From an uncultured Acidobacteriota bacterium (lineage in GTDB: Bacteria > Acidobacteriota > UBA6911): 64,000 nt of DNA. The stretch's first letter is position 1; each line of letters begins with the position of its first letter. The translations under genes were made by a program, and so were the position numbers. Of this stretch, positions 29,762-40,400 are shown piece after piece. The notes beneath the pieces were generated by a model. That model searched no databases and was not told where the DNA came from. It was given only the letters and a program-made list of their open reading frames with translations. The stretch is taken from positions 1 to 64,000 of the forward strand of contig CAWEJX010000015.1 in NCBI GenBank assembly GCA_963809485.1, read 5' to 3'.

Positions 29762-31117
29762 ATGACCGATGGCACCGGACCAATTATCAAGATGATCGCG
29801 ATTGACGACGAGGCCGCAAGTCTCGAGCTTGTGGTGGACACCCTTGCCCAGCCGGGCCTGGAAATTTTGACGGCTGTCGATTCCACCGCAGGCTGGGAAC
29901 TGGTGCGCCGCGAGCACCCGGAGATCGTGCTGCTGGATCTGCGTCTGCCCGGTATCAGCGGGATGGAATTGCTCCAGAAGATTGTGGATTGGGACCCGGG
30001 AATCGATGTCGTTCTGCTGACCGCGGATTACTCGATGGAATCGGCGGTCGAGGCCATTCAGAAAGGCGCCTGCGACTACCTGACCAAACCCATTTCCCCC
30101 GCAGTCCTTCGCCAGCGCATGGACCCGCTGCTGGCGGCAGCCCGCAAACGCCATCGAACGCTGGAGCTTGAAGGGGCGCTTCTGGAATCCTGCCGGTTTG
30201 AAAACATGGTCGGGCGGAGCCCCGAAATGCTGGAGGTTTTCGCCCGCATACGGCGCGTCGCGCCGCACTTCCGCATTGCCCTCATCACGGGCGAAACCGG
30301 CACCGGCAAAGAGCTGGCAGCCCGCGCCTTGCACAATCTCAGCCCCTCTGCCGCCGGACGCTTTGTGGTTTGCAACTGCTCCGCCATCGTTGAAACTTTG
30401 TTTGAAAGCGAACTGTTCGGCCACGTCAAAGGAGCGTTTACGGGCGCGACCCAGGACCGTGTGGGAGCTTTTGAATATGCCAGCGGCGGGACGATTTTTA
30501 TGGACGAAATCGGGGACATGCCGTACGTCACCCAGAGCAAACTGCTCAGGGTGCTGCAAGACCAGGAGATACAAAAGGTGGGTTCGCCAGCCGTCCGCAA
30601 GGTGGATGTCCGGGTCGTGGCGGCGACCAACCGCGACCTTCATCAGCGGATCGAGGAAAAGCAGTTCCGCGAGGACCTGTTCTACCGCCTGTCCATGGTC
30701 GAAATCAGAATGCCCAGCCTCGCCGAGAGGAAGGAGGACCTGACGCTGCTCGAGCACCATTTTCTGGAAAAGCTTTCCGCCCAGTACGGCAAACCGATAC
30801 GGGGCATCTCGCGGCGCGCCCAATCCGTGCTCTGGCGCCACTCCTGGCCCGGCAACGTCCGCGAACTGGAAAATGTGCTTGGAAATGCGGGAATGATGGT
30901 TGAGGGCGATACCATCGACGTTCACGATCTGCCGGGTTACCTCCAGGGTGCGGAATCCGTTCCCAGCCCCGATTCTGATCCGGAGCCTGTGCCGCTGGCC
31001 GAGATGGAGCGTCTATACGCACAAAAAGTCCTCGAAAAAATGGGCGGGAACAAGGTTCAGACGGCCAAAGCGCTCGGCATAAGCCGAGCCACACTCTACA
31101 GCATCCTGCGCGAATAG
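29762..31117 (+). CDS. Sigma-54-dependent response regulator (NtrC/AtoC family)
   Basis: Receiver domain, GETGTGKE, ESELFGHVKGAFTGA, FMDEIG, WPGNVRELEN, Fis-type HTH. Confidence 0.95.
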   Translation: MTDGTGPIIKMIAIDDEAASLELVVDTLAQPGLEILTAVDSTAGWELVRREHPEIVLLDLRLPGISGMELLQKIVDWDPGIDVVLLTADYSMESAVEAIQKGACDYLTKPISPAVLRQRMDPLLAAARKRHRTLELEGALLESCRFENMVGRSPEMLEVFARIRRVAPHFRIALITGETGTGKELAARALHNLSPSAAGRFVVCNCSAIVETLFESELFGHVKGAFTGATQDRVGAFEYASGGTIFMDEIGDMPYVTQSKLLRVLQDQEIQKVGSPAVRKVDVRVVAATNRDLHQRIEEKQFREDLFYRLSMVEIRMPSLAERKEDLTLLEHHFLEKLSAQYGKPIRGISRRAQSVLWRHSWPGNVRELENVLGNAGMMVEGDTIDVHDLPGYLQGAESVPSPDSDPEPVPLAEMERLYAQKVLEKMGGNKVQTAKALGISRATLYSILRE

Positions 31118-31184
31118 CCGTTCAAGGTGCAAACGTTCAACGTTCAAACGTCATTCCGCGCCCATCGTCTTATTTTTCTACAGA

Positions 31185-31203
31185 GTGTCTGAAATTTATA
31201 CAC
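31185..31203. promoter_or_regulatory. Putative enhancer-binding site (UAS), copy 2
   Basis: GTGTCTGAAATTTATACAC, matches 27761-27779; ~120 bp upstream of a -24/-12 motif. Confidence 0.65.
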
Positions 31204-31324
31204 CCGCCGAATAAAGAAGCCGCCCTGGACAGCCCTGGCGGCCTCAGAGTTTTAGGCTCTATCCTATATTAAATCAAAGAGATAGCACGTTATGCGCCTC
31301 ACATCCCGAGCGTATTTGTATGTT

Positions 31325-31340
31325 TGGATCGATTTTTGCA
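31325..31340 (+). promoter_or_regulatory. Sigma-54 (-24/-12) promoter
   Basis: TGGATC-GATTT-TTGCA (GG-N10-GC). Confidence 0.65.
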
Positions 31341-31408
31341 CAGAGCTGTTGCGCAGCGAGAGCTGTGAAAGACAACGATGGATTTTGATAAATGGAAAGG
31401 AGGCCGCC

Positions 31409-31519
31409 ATGGCCTTGATCGCATTAGTTGGTGGACTGATTGTTGTAGGTGGAGTTTTTGCATTTTTGCGAAGCTCCAAGAAATCTGATCGCCGCGTGGA
31501 TCAACTGCATATTGGCTGA
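31409..31519 (+). CDS. 36-aa single-TM small protein
   Basis: AAGGAGG RBS 6 nt before ATG; MALIALVGGLIVVGGVFAFLRSSKKSDRRVDQLHIG (TM helix plus basic tail). Confidence 0.6.
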   Translation: MALIALVGGLIVVGGVFAFLRSSKKSDRRVDQLHIG

Positions 31520-31672
31520 TTTTTGCTGCGCAGCCCGGACCAGGCTCCGTGGCGGCCGACCTGAATCGCGCCCGGCTTGACACTCCTATTATTTCATACC
31601 AACAGACGGCAACCGGGCGCCTGTTTTTAGGTTTTACAGGTTTTGTTAGGTGCAGTAGCAGTCAACCGCGGT

Positions 31673-31759
31673 AAAAAGCCACGGACTCTGCGAGTCAGGC
31701 ATCTCCGGCAAAGTCGGGGGCTTACCAATAGAATTATTCCGCAGATTCCGTGGCTTTTT
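31673..31759. repeat. 20-bp inverted repeat (terminator-like) enclosing a collapsed solo MITE hairpin
   Basis: AAAAAGCCACGGACTCTGCG / CGCAGATTCCGTGGCTTTTT arms around AGTCAGGCATCTCCGGCAAAGTCGGGGGCTTACCAAT. Confidence 0.7.
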
Positions 31760-31973
31760 TGTTTTTGCCTGATTGACATTCCCGATTTTGCCATTGAATG
31801 TTAGAATCTTGCTCGTAAGGACGAACGAGCATTCCCGTCCCTTTTGTTCCTTAGATTTCAAACGTCGCATAGGCCTGAAAATCTATGGTCAAAGAATCGA
31901 AAAAATTCCATTGTGAAGGCTGTGCCTGGAGGCGTCGCTCGGAAGCAAATCCCGATTCCCTTCTCGCGAAACT

Positions 31974-33116
31974 ATGGAAGTGGCATACAGGCTGGTGTCC
32001 CGGATGGAAAGCGTACCAAAAATCATTGACACAGGTTGCCGAAGTTTCCAAAAGCTAGCCGGAAATCAACAACAGCGGCGTCCTTTCTCAGACGTCCTGC
32101 GTCTCGCTCTTTTCCTGGGATTGCTGCTCGCCGTAGCGGGCGCCGCCCATGCTCACTCACCGCTTTTTCCGCGGAATAACCACGTGCCTGCGTCCGCGTT
32201 TTTTATCGAGGATGCGGCAAAATCCTGGGTGGCATATTCGGAGATACTCAATTCGGGGCAGAAGGCTTTTTACCGGTTCCGCTTTTCGGCCGGAGATCCG
32301 ATACGCATAAAACTGCTGACCTCACGGGATCCCGGGACGACGGGCTTCCTTCCTTCGCTCGCGCTGCTGGTGCCGGGCCTCAAACAGCAGGACGCGATTC
32401 CGCCAGCGATGGAAATTCCCTCCGGATTCGGCGCCGTTCTCGTTCGAGGAATCCAGCCTCCATCTGCAACCTACGAACCGTTTGCCCAGGGATGGTTTTA
32501 TGATCTTGCGGATCTGGACATGCGGGCTCCCGCCGAAGGCACCTATTACCTGGTCGTTTTTGATCCCAGGGGGGCGACGGGGCGCTACGCCGTGACCCTG
32601 GGTTACCTCGAGCGGTGGGCTCCCCTCGAGTTGGCGGCTCTGCCCTGGAACATCCGGCGCATACAGATCTGGGAAGGACAAAAGGTTTTTGCCGCGCTTC
32701 TTCCCTTTTATGCGGTGCTCGTGCTTGGACTGATCTGGTTTTACCTGAGGAGCAGAAGCGGAAAAACCCCTCACACACTGGCCCAATGGTTTGCCGCCGG
32801 ATCCTTCCTCGCCTTTTTGGGCTCGGCCGCGATTTCCCTTCAGCAGATGCACCTTGCATCCCGCATCGCGCCCATTCACCGATTCGATCTGATTATTACC
32901 CTGATTGCGGCGGCCGTTCCCGTGATTCTGGGCATGATTGCCCTGCGCTACGCGCTCAGATCCAGAAGCGGCCACATGGCCGCCTGGCGAATCGGCTTAA
33001 TCACTATCGCCGCAGTCGGCCTGCTGCTTTACACCGGCCTTTACCTGGGACCAGGCTTGTCGCTGCTGGCAGCTGTCACGAAATCAGGCAGCAAAATCGG
33101 GATCCGCCCGCTTTAG
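31974..33116 (+). CDS. Hypothetical membrane protein (signal peptide, soluble domain, several C-terminal TM helices); start uncertain
   Basis: LALFLGLLLAVAGAAHA signal-like segment, YEPF motif, hydrophobic C-terminus. Confidence 0.65.
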   Translation: MEVAYRLVSRMESVPKIIDTGCRSFQKLAGNQQQRRPFSDVLRLALFLGLLLAVAGAAHAHSPLFPRNNHVPASAFFIEDAAKSWVAYSEILNSGQKAFYRFRFSAGDPIRIKLLTSRDPGTTGFLPSLALLVPGLKQQDAIPPAMEIPSGFGAVLVRGIQPPSATYEPFAQGWFYDLADLDMRAPAEGTYYLVVFDPRGATGRYAVTLGYLERWAPLELAALPWNIRRIQIWEGQKVFAALLPFYAVLVLGLIWFYLRSRSGKTPHTLAQWFAAGSFLAFLGSAAISLQQMHLASRIAPIHRFDLIITLIAAAVPVILGMIALRYALRSRSGHMAAWRIGLITIAAVGLLLYTGLYLGPGLSLLAAVTKSGSKIGIRPL

Positions 33117-33170
33117 GATTGCCGGCTTTTCAGAGGGGCCTGATCGCAACCCATAAAAGATCAAGCCGGT

Positions 33171-33428
33171 GTCAGGCACCTCCGGCAAAGCCGGAGGCTT
33201 GAAAGATTGGAACCGCTCAAAGCGGTTGGAGGAGCTACGCCGGTCTTGAACGCTGACTTACGCGGCGCAAAAGCCGATGAGGCGCCTCATCGGCTTTTGC
33301 TCGCCGACCCTCGCCGAACAAATCGGCGTTTGTCAGCGCTTTTATCAGCGTTTCTCAGCGTTTCAAAATACGGAGCTGTCAAACTCTTTGAGTCCCCGGG
33401 CAGAGCCGGGGGTTTACCAATGTAATTA
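33171..33428 (+). mobile_element. IS200/IS605-like MITE copy (subtype A interior)
   Basis: Both terminal hairpins; interior perfect palindrome GCAAAAGCCGATGAGGCGCCTCATCGGCTTTTGC. Confidence 0.78.
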
Positions 33429-33550
33429 CGCGCCACAAAGATCTTTATAGCTTCTTGAACCGCAAAATATCGAATAACGAAGGCAGAAATTCGAAGTCCT
33501 TCTGCGGTTCGACATTCGAAATTCAACATTCCTTAATAAAAAATTCCCGG

Positions 33551-35107
33551 CTAAGGTGTAGAAAAAATTTCGGAAAGGATTCTGCCTTCGGCTCCGCCCG
33601 GTATTTCGGTTTCGAGAATGGTTGCCAGAGTTGGGGCGACGTCGACCACATCAATGGCTGAATGGTATCTGCCAGCCTTGATTCCCGACCCCATGAAAAT
33701 GACCGGAACGTGCGTGTCGTAACCGAAGGGCGTTCCGTGGTTGGCATGGATCCGGCCGAAAATCTGGTAGGGTTCGAGCAAGACATAAAGATCCGCGCCA
33801 CGCTTTGCCGAAAAACCGTTTCTGATCCTTCGGTCGATGGCATCCCCCGAAGACCCGTTGAGCAGCTGCTCCCTCGTGTACACCCGCAAAACCCGGGGCA
33901 TCGACAGCAGCGCCTGGGCCGCTTCGCGGCCTACTTCCTCATGCGAAAGTTTTTTGGTTTTGATGAGATCCCAATTCAGGTATATGGCCTCTTCGGGCGT
34001 CGCCAGAATCCACTTCCCTTCGCCGTACCTGTCGGTCAGCGCTTTCTGGACGGCATCGCGCAGGGGCGCAAAATCCACATGCCCGCCGGGCATCTTGCGG
34101 GCGCTGGCGGCCTCGGCCGTGGGTCCTGTGCCGTGATCCGCAGCCAGCACGACCAGAACGTTGCCCATACCCACCTGTGCATCAAGAAATTTGAACAGCT
34201 TCCCAAGAATCCGGTCGGTATGCAGCGAAGTTTCGCGCACCTGGGCGGAATCCGGGCCGTACTGGTGTCCTACATAATCGTTGGAAGAAAAACTCAGCAC
34301 TAAAAGATCCGTGCCCTCAGCCCCCAGCCGCTCCCCCCGCACGGCAGCTTCAGCCATCAGTTCAACCAGGTCGTTGCCAAAAGGGCTGGAGGGGATCATG
34401 GCGTAAAGCTTCGAGGCATCTTCCGCCGGCAGTTTGCCGCCGGACCATTCCGCGGCCTTGTACCGGTCGGCAGGCTTCGTCCCGTTGAACTGGCGCACCC
34501 ACTGCGGCAGTTCCTGAAAATAATAGCTGCTGCTGACGAAGCTCCCGGTTTTGCCGTCAAACCAGTAGGCGGCGTCGGCGCTGCACCCTGCGGACAGGAT
34601 TGCGCTGTAGTCCTTGATCGAAATCCCTATCACCCGGGACCGGCCCTGCCGGGATATCTTGAGTTCGTCCCCGATAGTGCTGACCAGCAAATTGCGCGGC
34701 GACGAACCTGCACCTCCATCTCCACCCAGCAGCCGGGTCGAGTCGTCCATAACCGACCGGACCACCTTTCCGCTGAAACGGTCAAACCATTGATTCCCGA
34801 TTATGCCCGTTACCGACGGGGAAGCGCCGGTGAAAAAGGCGGCGTGCCCGACAGAGGTGAATGTCGGGAAATGGCTATATCGCGCATTTGTAAAAACCGC
34901 GCCCTTTGCGAGCAGCTGCTGAAGACCTTCCCTATATTCGCCTCCGAACCGGAGCACATAATCGTAGCGGAACTGATCCACGATGATGGCGAGCACAAGC
35001 TTCGGTTTCGCCCGGGATGCCTGCTTTCTTTGGCTCGAAACCGGAGTCTGGGCCGATGCGTTCAGCCCCGCCAGAAAAATCAAAAGAATCGTCCATCTCC
35101 TCATCAA
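33551..35107 (-). CDS. Alkaline phosphatase family protein (PafA/NPP-like)
   Basis: Signal peptide; IIVDQFRYDY, PTFTSVGHA, SIKD, DYVGHQYGP, ADHG, HGTPFGYDTHVP. Confidence 0.88.
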   Translation of the reverse strand: MMRRWTILLIFLAGLNASAQTPVSSQRKQASRAKPKLVLAIIVDQFRYDYVLRFGGEYREGLQQLLAKGAVFTNARYSHFPTFTSVGHAAFFTGASPSVTGIIGNQWFDRFSGKVVRSVMDDSTRLLGGDGGAGSSPRNLLVSTIGDELKISRQGRSRVIGISIKDYSAILSAGCSADAAYWFDGKTGSFVSSSYYFQELPQWVRQFNGTKPADRYKAAEWSGGKLPAEDASKLYAMIPSSPFGNDLVELMAEAAVRGERLGAEGTDLLVLSFSSNDYVGHQYGPDSAQVRETSLHTDRILGKLFKFLDAQVGMGNVLVVLAADHGTGPTAEAASARKMPGGHVDFAPLRDAVQKALTDRYGEGKWILATPEEAIYLNWDLIKTKKLSHEEVGREAAQALLSMPRVLRVYTREQLLNGSSGDAIDRRIRNGFSAKRGADLYVLLEPYQIFGRIHANHGTPFGYDTHVPVIFMGSGIKAGRYHSAIDVVDVAPTLATILETEIPGGAEGRILSEIFSTP

Positions 35108-35166
35108 CCATCCCCTCTCTGCAAATCAAATGCCGTTCCTGCCGGGGCAACGCCGCCTTGCCGCCG

Positions 35167-35442
35167 TCATTCGATAACCACGGTCCAGGGCCTTATTTCC
35201 CATCGCTTTACTATCCCGTTTCCGACATACGGATCCTTTCGGACAAATTCCTCGACTGCGGCCGCATCCGGCGAGCGAAACACCAGAATCGCCCGGTCTA
35301 CGGGATCCGCGAGCGCGCCGCCCAATACCAGTTCGCCCCGGCTGTGCGCCTCGCGCGCCAGCCGGAGATGCTCCTCCCGGTACGCAGCCCTTCGCTCCAC
35401 GTAGTCGTCGACGACATGATATATAAGCATGTAGTAGCCCAT
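35167..35442 (-). CDS. YciI-like protein
   Basis: YVERRAAYREEHL...LGGALADP...F...DPYV.NG; ATG 35442 with AGGAG RBS. Confidence 0.88.
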   Translation of the reverse strand: MGYYMLIYHVVDDYVERRAAYREEHLRLAREAHSRGELVLGGALADPVDRAILVFRSPDAAAVEEFVRKDPYVGNGIVKRWEIRPWTVVIE

Positions 35443-35456
35443 AGCGCTCCTTTGAT

Positions 35457-35722
35457 TAGGATCAAAGGATTCTAGGATCAAAGGATCAAAGGATCAAAGG
35501 GGAAAAACAGTGCAGGATGCCGGTGAAAGCCTGGTTGTCCGATCTTCCTTTTTTCCCTCTTAGGATCCAAGGATCAGAGGATCAAAGGATCAGAGGGGGA
35601 AAACAGTGTCGGATTGCGGCGAAAGCCTGTATTGTCCCAAAACCCCAATATCCTCTATACTCCTAATCTTCACCTTTGATCCTTTGTTCGTATCCTTTGA
35701 TCCTTGAATCCTCTGATCCTTT
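35457..35722. repeat. AGGATCAA octamer arrays (direct and inverted) with a duplicated ~60-bp unit
   Basis: GGATCAAAGGATCAAAGG runs at 35459-35500 and 35562-35596, each followed by GAAAACAGTG...GAAAGCCTG...TTGTCC; inverted TTTGATCC run at 35673-35722. Confidence 0.8.
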
Positions 35723-35872
35723 GCCCCCAAAAGGTCAATAGTCCCGCCTAGCAGCAAACTATCCCAAAACAAAAAGCGTCCCCTCAAAAATTTGTTCCGT
35801 TGAATTTGCCGGGCAGCTGCGATAATTTATGAGGTCTGCAAATTATGGTTAAACTTTTCCTGGAGTAAGCCC

Positions 35873-37411
35873 ATTTACCGCGAAAACGTTTTGATACTTG
35901 ATTTTGGCGGTCAATATACTCAACTGATCGCCCGCCGTGTGCGCGAACTGTCCGTATATTGCGAGATTGTGCCATTTCACGAAGCCATGGAAAAAATTGA
36001 GGCTTCCAGGCCGGCGGGCGTAATCCTGTCGGGAAGCCCTGATTCCGTCTGCCGGGAAGGAAGTCCTTCGCTCCCTCCCGAGTTTTACAATGCCGGGCTG
36101 CCTGTTCTGGGAATTTGCTATGGCCTCCAGCTGCTGACGCGTCAGTTGGGAGGACGCGTGGTTTCCGGATCGGGACGGCGCGAATTCGGAAAAGCCATGG
36201 TCGACGTCCTGGATGCGGATATGCTTTTTGCGGGGATTCCTCAGCGTTTCCAGGCCTGGATGAGCCACGGAGACCGCGTTGAAGATTTGGCGCCGGGATT
36301 CCGCGTCCTGGCAAAATCCGGAGATATCGTGGCTGCGGCCGCCGACGAAGACAGGAAGCTCTGGGGCCTCCAGTTTCATCCTGAGGTCGTCCATACGCAT
36401 TACGGCAAAGATATCCTTGAAAACTTCCTTTCGCGAGCCTGCAACTGCAAGCGTGATTGGACGATGTCGGCCTTCATTGAGACCACGGTTCACGCCATCG
36501 CGGGCCGGGTCGGCCCGCAGCATGCGCTTTGCGGCCTGAGCGGCGGTGTCGATTCCACTGTGGCCGCTCTTCTGGTGCACAAGGCCATCGGCGACCGACT
36601 GACCTGCATTTTCGTGGATAACGGCCTGCTCCGAAAAAACGAATTTGAATCCGTGCTGGCCAACCTGAGCGAGCGCCAGCATCTGAAAATCATCGGCGTC
36701 GACGCAAGCCGGAGATTCCTTTCGCGGCTGCAAAACGTCGAGGATCCCGAAACCAAGCGTAAAATCATAGGTGAGGAATTCATCCGGGTCTTCGAAGAAG
36801 AGGCCGGGAAGCTGGGGAATCCGCCCTTTCTGGTCCAGGGGACTTTGTATCCCGATGTCATCGAATCGACATCCGTCCGGGGACCTTCCGCCGTTATCAA
36901 GTCGCACCACAACGTGGGCGGGTTGCCGCTCGATCTGAAATTCGAGCTCATAGAGCCGCTGCGCGAATTGTTCAAGGATGAAGTGCGCAGAGTGGGCGGG
37001 CAGCTGGGTATGGATCCGCGTTTCGTTTACCGCCAGCCCTTCCCGGGTCCCGGCCTGGCCGTACGCATTCTCGGCCCGGTCACGGTCCAGCGTCTCTCGC
37101 TCCTGCGTGAAGCGGATGCCATCATGCAGGAGGAAATAGAGCGGGAAGGCCTGACGCGGGAGCTCTGGCAGGCGTTTGTGGTGCTGCTGCCCATCAACAC
37201 CGTGGGCGTCATGGGAGACGACCGGACCTATGAAAACGTCGCAGCCCTGCGCGCCGTTACGAGCCTGGACGGGATGACGGCCGACTGGGCCAAGCTGCCC
37301 CACGCGGTCCTCGAGAGGATTTCAACGCGCATTGTCAACGAAGTGCGCGGCATCAACCGCGTGGTATACGACATCACCTCGAAACCGCCCGGAACCATTG
37401 AATGGGAGTAG
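35873..37411 (+). CDS. guaA: GMP synthase (glutamine-hydrolysing)
   Basis: [51 protein letters not shown]; start may be ATT 35873 (GGAG 7 nt upstream) or TTG 35891. Confidence 0.97.
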   Translation: MYRENVLILDFGGQYTQLIARRVRELSVYCEIVPFHEAMEKIEASRPAGVILSGSPDSVCREGSPSLPPEFYNAGLPVLGICYGLQLLTRQLGGRVVSGSGRREFGKAMVDVLDADMLFAGIPQRFQAWMSHGDRVEDLAPGFRVLAKSGDIVAAAADEDRKLWGLQFHPEVVHTHYGKDILENFLSRACNCKRDWTMSAFIETTVHAIAGRVGPQHALCGLSGGVDSTVAALLVHKAIGDRLTCIFVDNGLLRKNEFESVLANLSERQHLKIIGVDASRRFLSRLQNVEDPETKRKIIGEEFIRVFEEEAGKLGNPPFLVQGTLYPDVIESTSVRGPSAVIKSHHNVGGLPLDLKFELIEPLRELFKDEVRRVGGQLGMDPRFVYRQPFPGPGLAVRILGPVTVQRLSLLREADAIMQEEIEREGLTRELWQAFVVLLPINTVGVMGDDRTYENVAALRAVTSLDGMTADWAKLPHAVLERISTRIVNEVRGINRVVYDITSKPPGTIEWE

Positions 37412-37414
37412 CCT

Positions 37415-40400
37415 GTGTCGAATCCGGTATCGTTCGTTCCGCTTCATAACCATTCCGATTACAGCCTGCTCGACGGCGCATCCACGATCGAGGCTCTCGT
37501 GGACACTGCCCTGTCCATGGGGATGCCCGCCCTGGCCCTCACGGATCACGGCAATCTCTTCGGCGCCATCCAGTTTTACGGGATTGCCCGGGAGAAAAAT
37601 ATAAAGCCCATCATCGGCTGCGAAATCTACGTTGCAAAAGAGAGCCGTCACAGGAAAACCGGCGGGGGTGACCAGTCCAATCACCTGGTCCTTCTGGCCG
37701 AGAACCTGGAGGGGTATCACAACCTCAGCCGGCTTGTCTCCTGCGGGTTTCTGGAAGGGTTTTATTACAAACCCCGCGTCGACAAGGAACTCCTTTCTCA
37801 ATACGGCCGCGGGCTGATTGCCCTGTCGGCCTGTCTGAAAGGGGCCGTGCCTCAAAAGCTGCTCATGGAACAGAGGGAAGCCGCCGCGGAAGAAGCCCTG
37901 GCGCTGCGGGACATTTTCGGCCCGGGGAATTTCTTTCTGGAGCTTCAGAACCACAACCTTCCGGCCCAGCAGCGCGTCAATCCCCTCATCATCGAGATAT
38001 CAAAAAAAACCGGCATCCCGCTCGTGTGCACCAACGACTCCCACTACCTGCGCCAGGATGACAGCGTGGCGCACGACGTGCTTCTTTGCATCGGCACCGG
38101 TAAAGTGGTGAGCCAGCCGGACCGAATGCGCTACGAAACGGATCAGTTCTATTTCAAATCTCCCGAGGAGATGCTCAGCCTTTGGGGAGAGATCCCCGAA
38201 GCCCTGGAGAATACGGTCCGCATTGCAGAGCGCTGCAATCTCGAAATCGAGACCAAACAGCCCCTGCCCCCTTTTGAAGTCCCCGCAGGGCACACCTCGG
38301 ACTCCTATTTCGAAAAAACCGTGCGCGAAGGATTCCAGGAACGGCGCCCGCACATTGAGGCCCTTTCCGCCGCGGGACGCCTCAAGCATCCGCTGTCGGA
38401 CTATGAAGAACGTCTGACCTCCGAAATCGGGATGATCCAGAAGATGGATTTTTCCAGCTATTTCCTCATTGTCTGGGACCTGATCAAATACGCCCGCGAC
38501 CATTCCATCCCGGTCGGCCCCGGCCGCGGTTCCGTAGTGGGAAGCCTGGTCGCCTACAGCCTGCGCATCACCGACATCGACCCGCTCCAGTACGAACTCT
38601 TTTTTGAGCGTTTCATGAATCCCGAGCGCATCGCCCCGCCCGATATCGACATGGATTTTTGCATGAACCGCCGGGCGGAGATGATCGAGTATGCCGCGGG
38701 CAAGTACGGGCGCGACAATGTCTGCCAGATCATCACTTTCGGCACCATGGCCGCCCGCGGAGTTATACGCGACGTCGGCCGGAGTTTGGACATCCCTTAC
38801 GCCGACGTGGACCGCATCGCCAAGCTGATTCCCGCCGAATTGAACGCGACGATCGACAGAGCCCTCCAGCAGGAACCGCGCCTGAAGGAGGAAATGAAAA
38901 ATCCCTCGATCGCCAAATTGATCGAGATCGGAAAGCGGCTGGAAGGGCTGTCGCGCCACTCGTCGACCCACGCAGCCGGGGTCGTCATAGCTCCCAGGCC
39001 GCTGGTGGAACTGCTTCCCCTGCAGAAAACAAACAAGGAGGAAATCACCACCCAGTACAGCATGAAGGACCTGGAAACCATCGGGCTCCTCAAAATGGAC
39101 TTCCTGGCGCTGACGACGCTGACCGTCATCGACAGCGCGGTGCGGCGCATCCGCGAGGAAAAAAACATCGCCCTGGACCTTTCTTCCATTCCCCTGAACG
39201 ATCCCAAGGTTTTCGAGCTTTTCTCGGAAGGCAGGACCAACGGGATTTTCCAGTTTGAAAGCGGGGGAATGAAACTGGAACTGCGGCGCTTGAAACCGGA
39301 GCGCTTCGAGGACCTGATTGCCTTGAATGCCCTGTACCGCCCGGGCCCCATGGATATGATCCCCGACTTTATCAAGCGCAAACAGGGCATGATCGACGTG
39401 CGGTACCCGCACCCGCTGCTCGAGGAAATTCTCAAGGAGACCTATGGCGTCATCGTATACCAGGAACAGGTGATGCAGATCGCCAGCAAGATGGCGGGTT
39501 TCTCTCTTGGGGAGGCCGATGTGCTCCGCAAAGCGATGGGGAAGAAGAAGGCGGACGTCATGGCTTCCATGCGCGACAAATTCCTCCAGGGCGCGCGCAA
39601 ACGCAAGATCCCTGAAAAGGCCGCCATCCAGGTTTTCGACATGATGGAGCAATTTGCCCAGTACGGCTTCAACAAATCGCACAGCACCGCCTACGCCCTG
39701 CTGGCCTATCAGACGGCCTATCTGAAGGTGCATTATCCGGTTCAGTTCATGGCCGCACTGCTTAGCAGTGAAATCGGGAATACAGACAAAATCGTAATGT
39801 ATATCGCCGAGTGCAAAGAAATGGGAATCCCCGTCCTCCCGCCCGACATCAACGAAAGCTCGCTGGAATTCCTCTCGCTGGGCGGCAGGATCCGTTTCGG
39901 CATGCTGGCGATACGCAATGTCGGGGAGGGCGCCATCCGGTCTATCCTGCAGTACCGCAACCAGTACGGGCGGTTCCGCAGCCTTTTCCATTTCTGCGAA
40001 GAAGTGGATTCGCGGTCGCTGAACAAGCGCGTCATGGAAAGCCTTGTTAAAAGCGGAGCGATGGATTCGCTGGGCCTGAAGCGCTCGCAGTGCATGGCCA
40101 TGATCGATGCCGCCATCGAGTACGGGCAGAAGGCCCGCCGCGACCGCGAGAGCGGCCAGAAGGGGTTATTCGCCGGCATGGCGTCCGAACATTCCTCGCT
40201 TGCGGAACCTTCGCCGCCGGATATACCGGAATGGGACTTCGAGCAGCGCCTGGCCAGCGAAAAGGAAACCCTCGGCTACTATGTCTCCGGCCATCCCCTG
40301 GACCGCTTCGCAGAGGAAGTGGAACGGTTCAGCAAGAAAAACATCGCCGAACTCAAGAGCGAAGGCAAAAGCACCGAATGCAGGCTCGCGGGGATCGTCA

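Noticed and set aside
38000-39991. 663-aa antisense ORF, and similar antisense ORFs over guaA, hisS, the kinase/regulator and pilT
   Set aside because: Antisense shadows of conserved high-GC genes with no protein motifs
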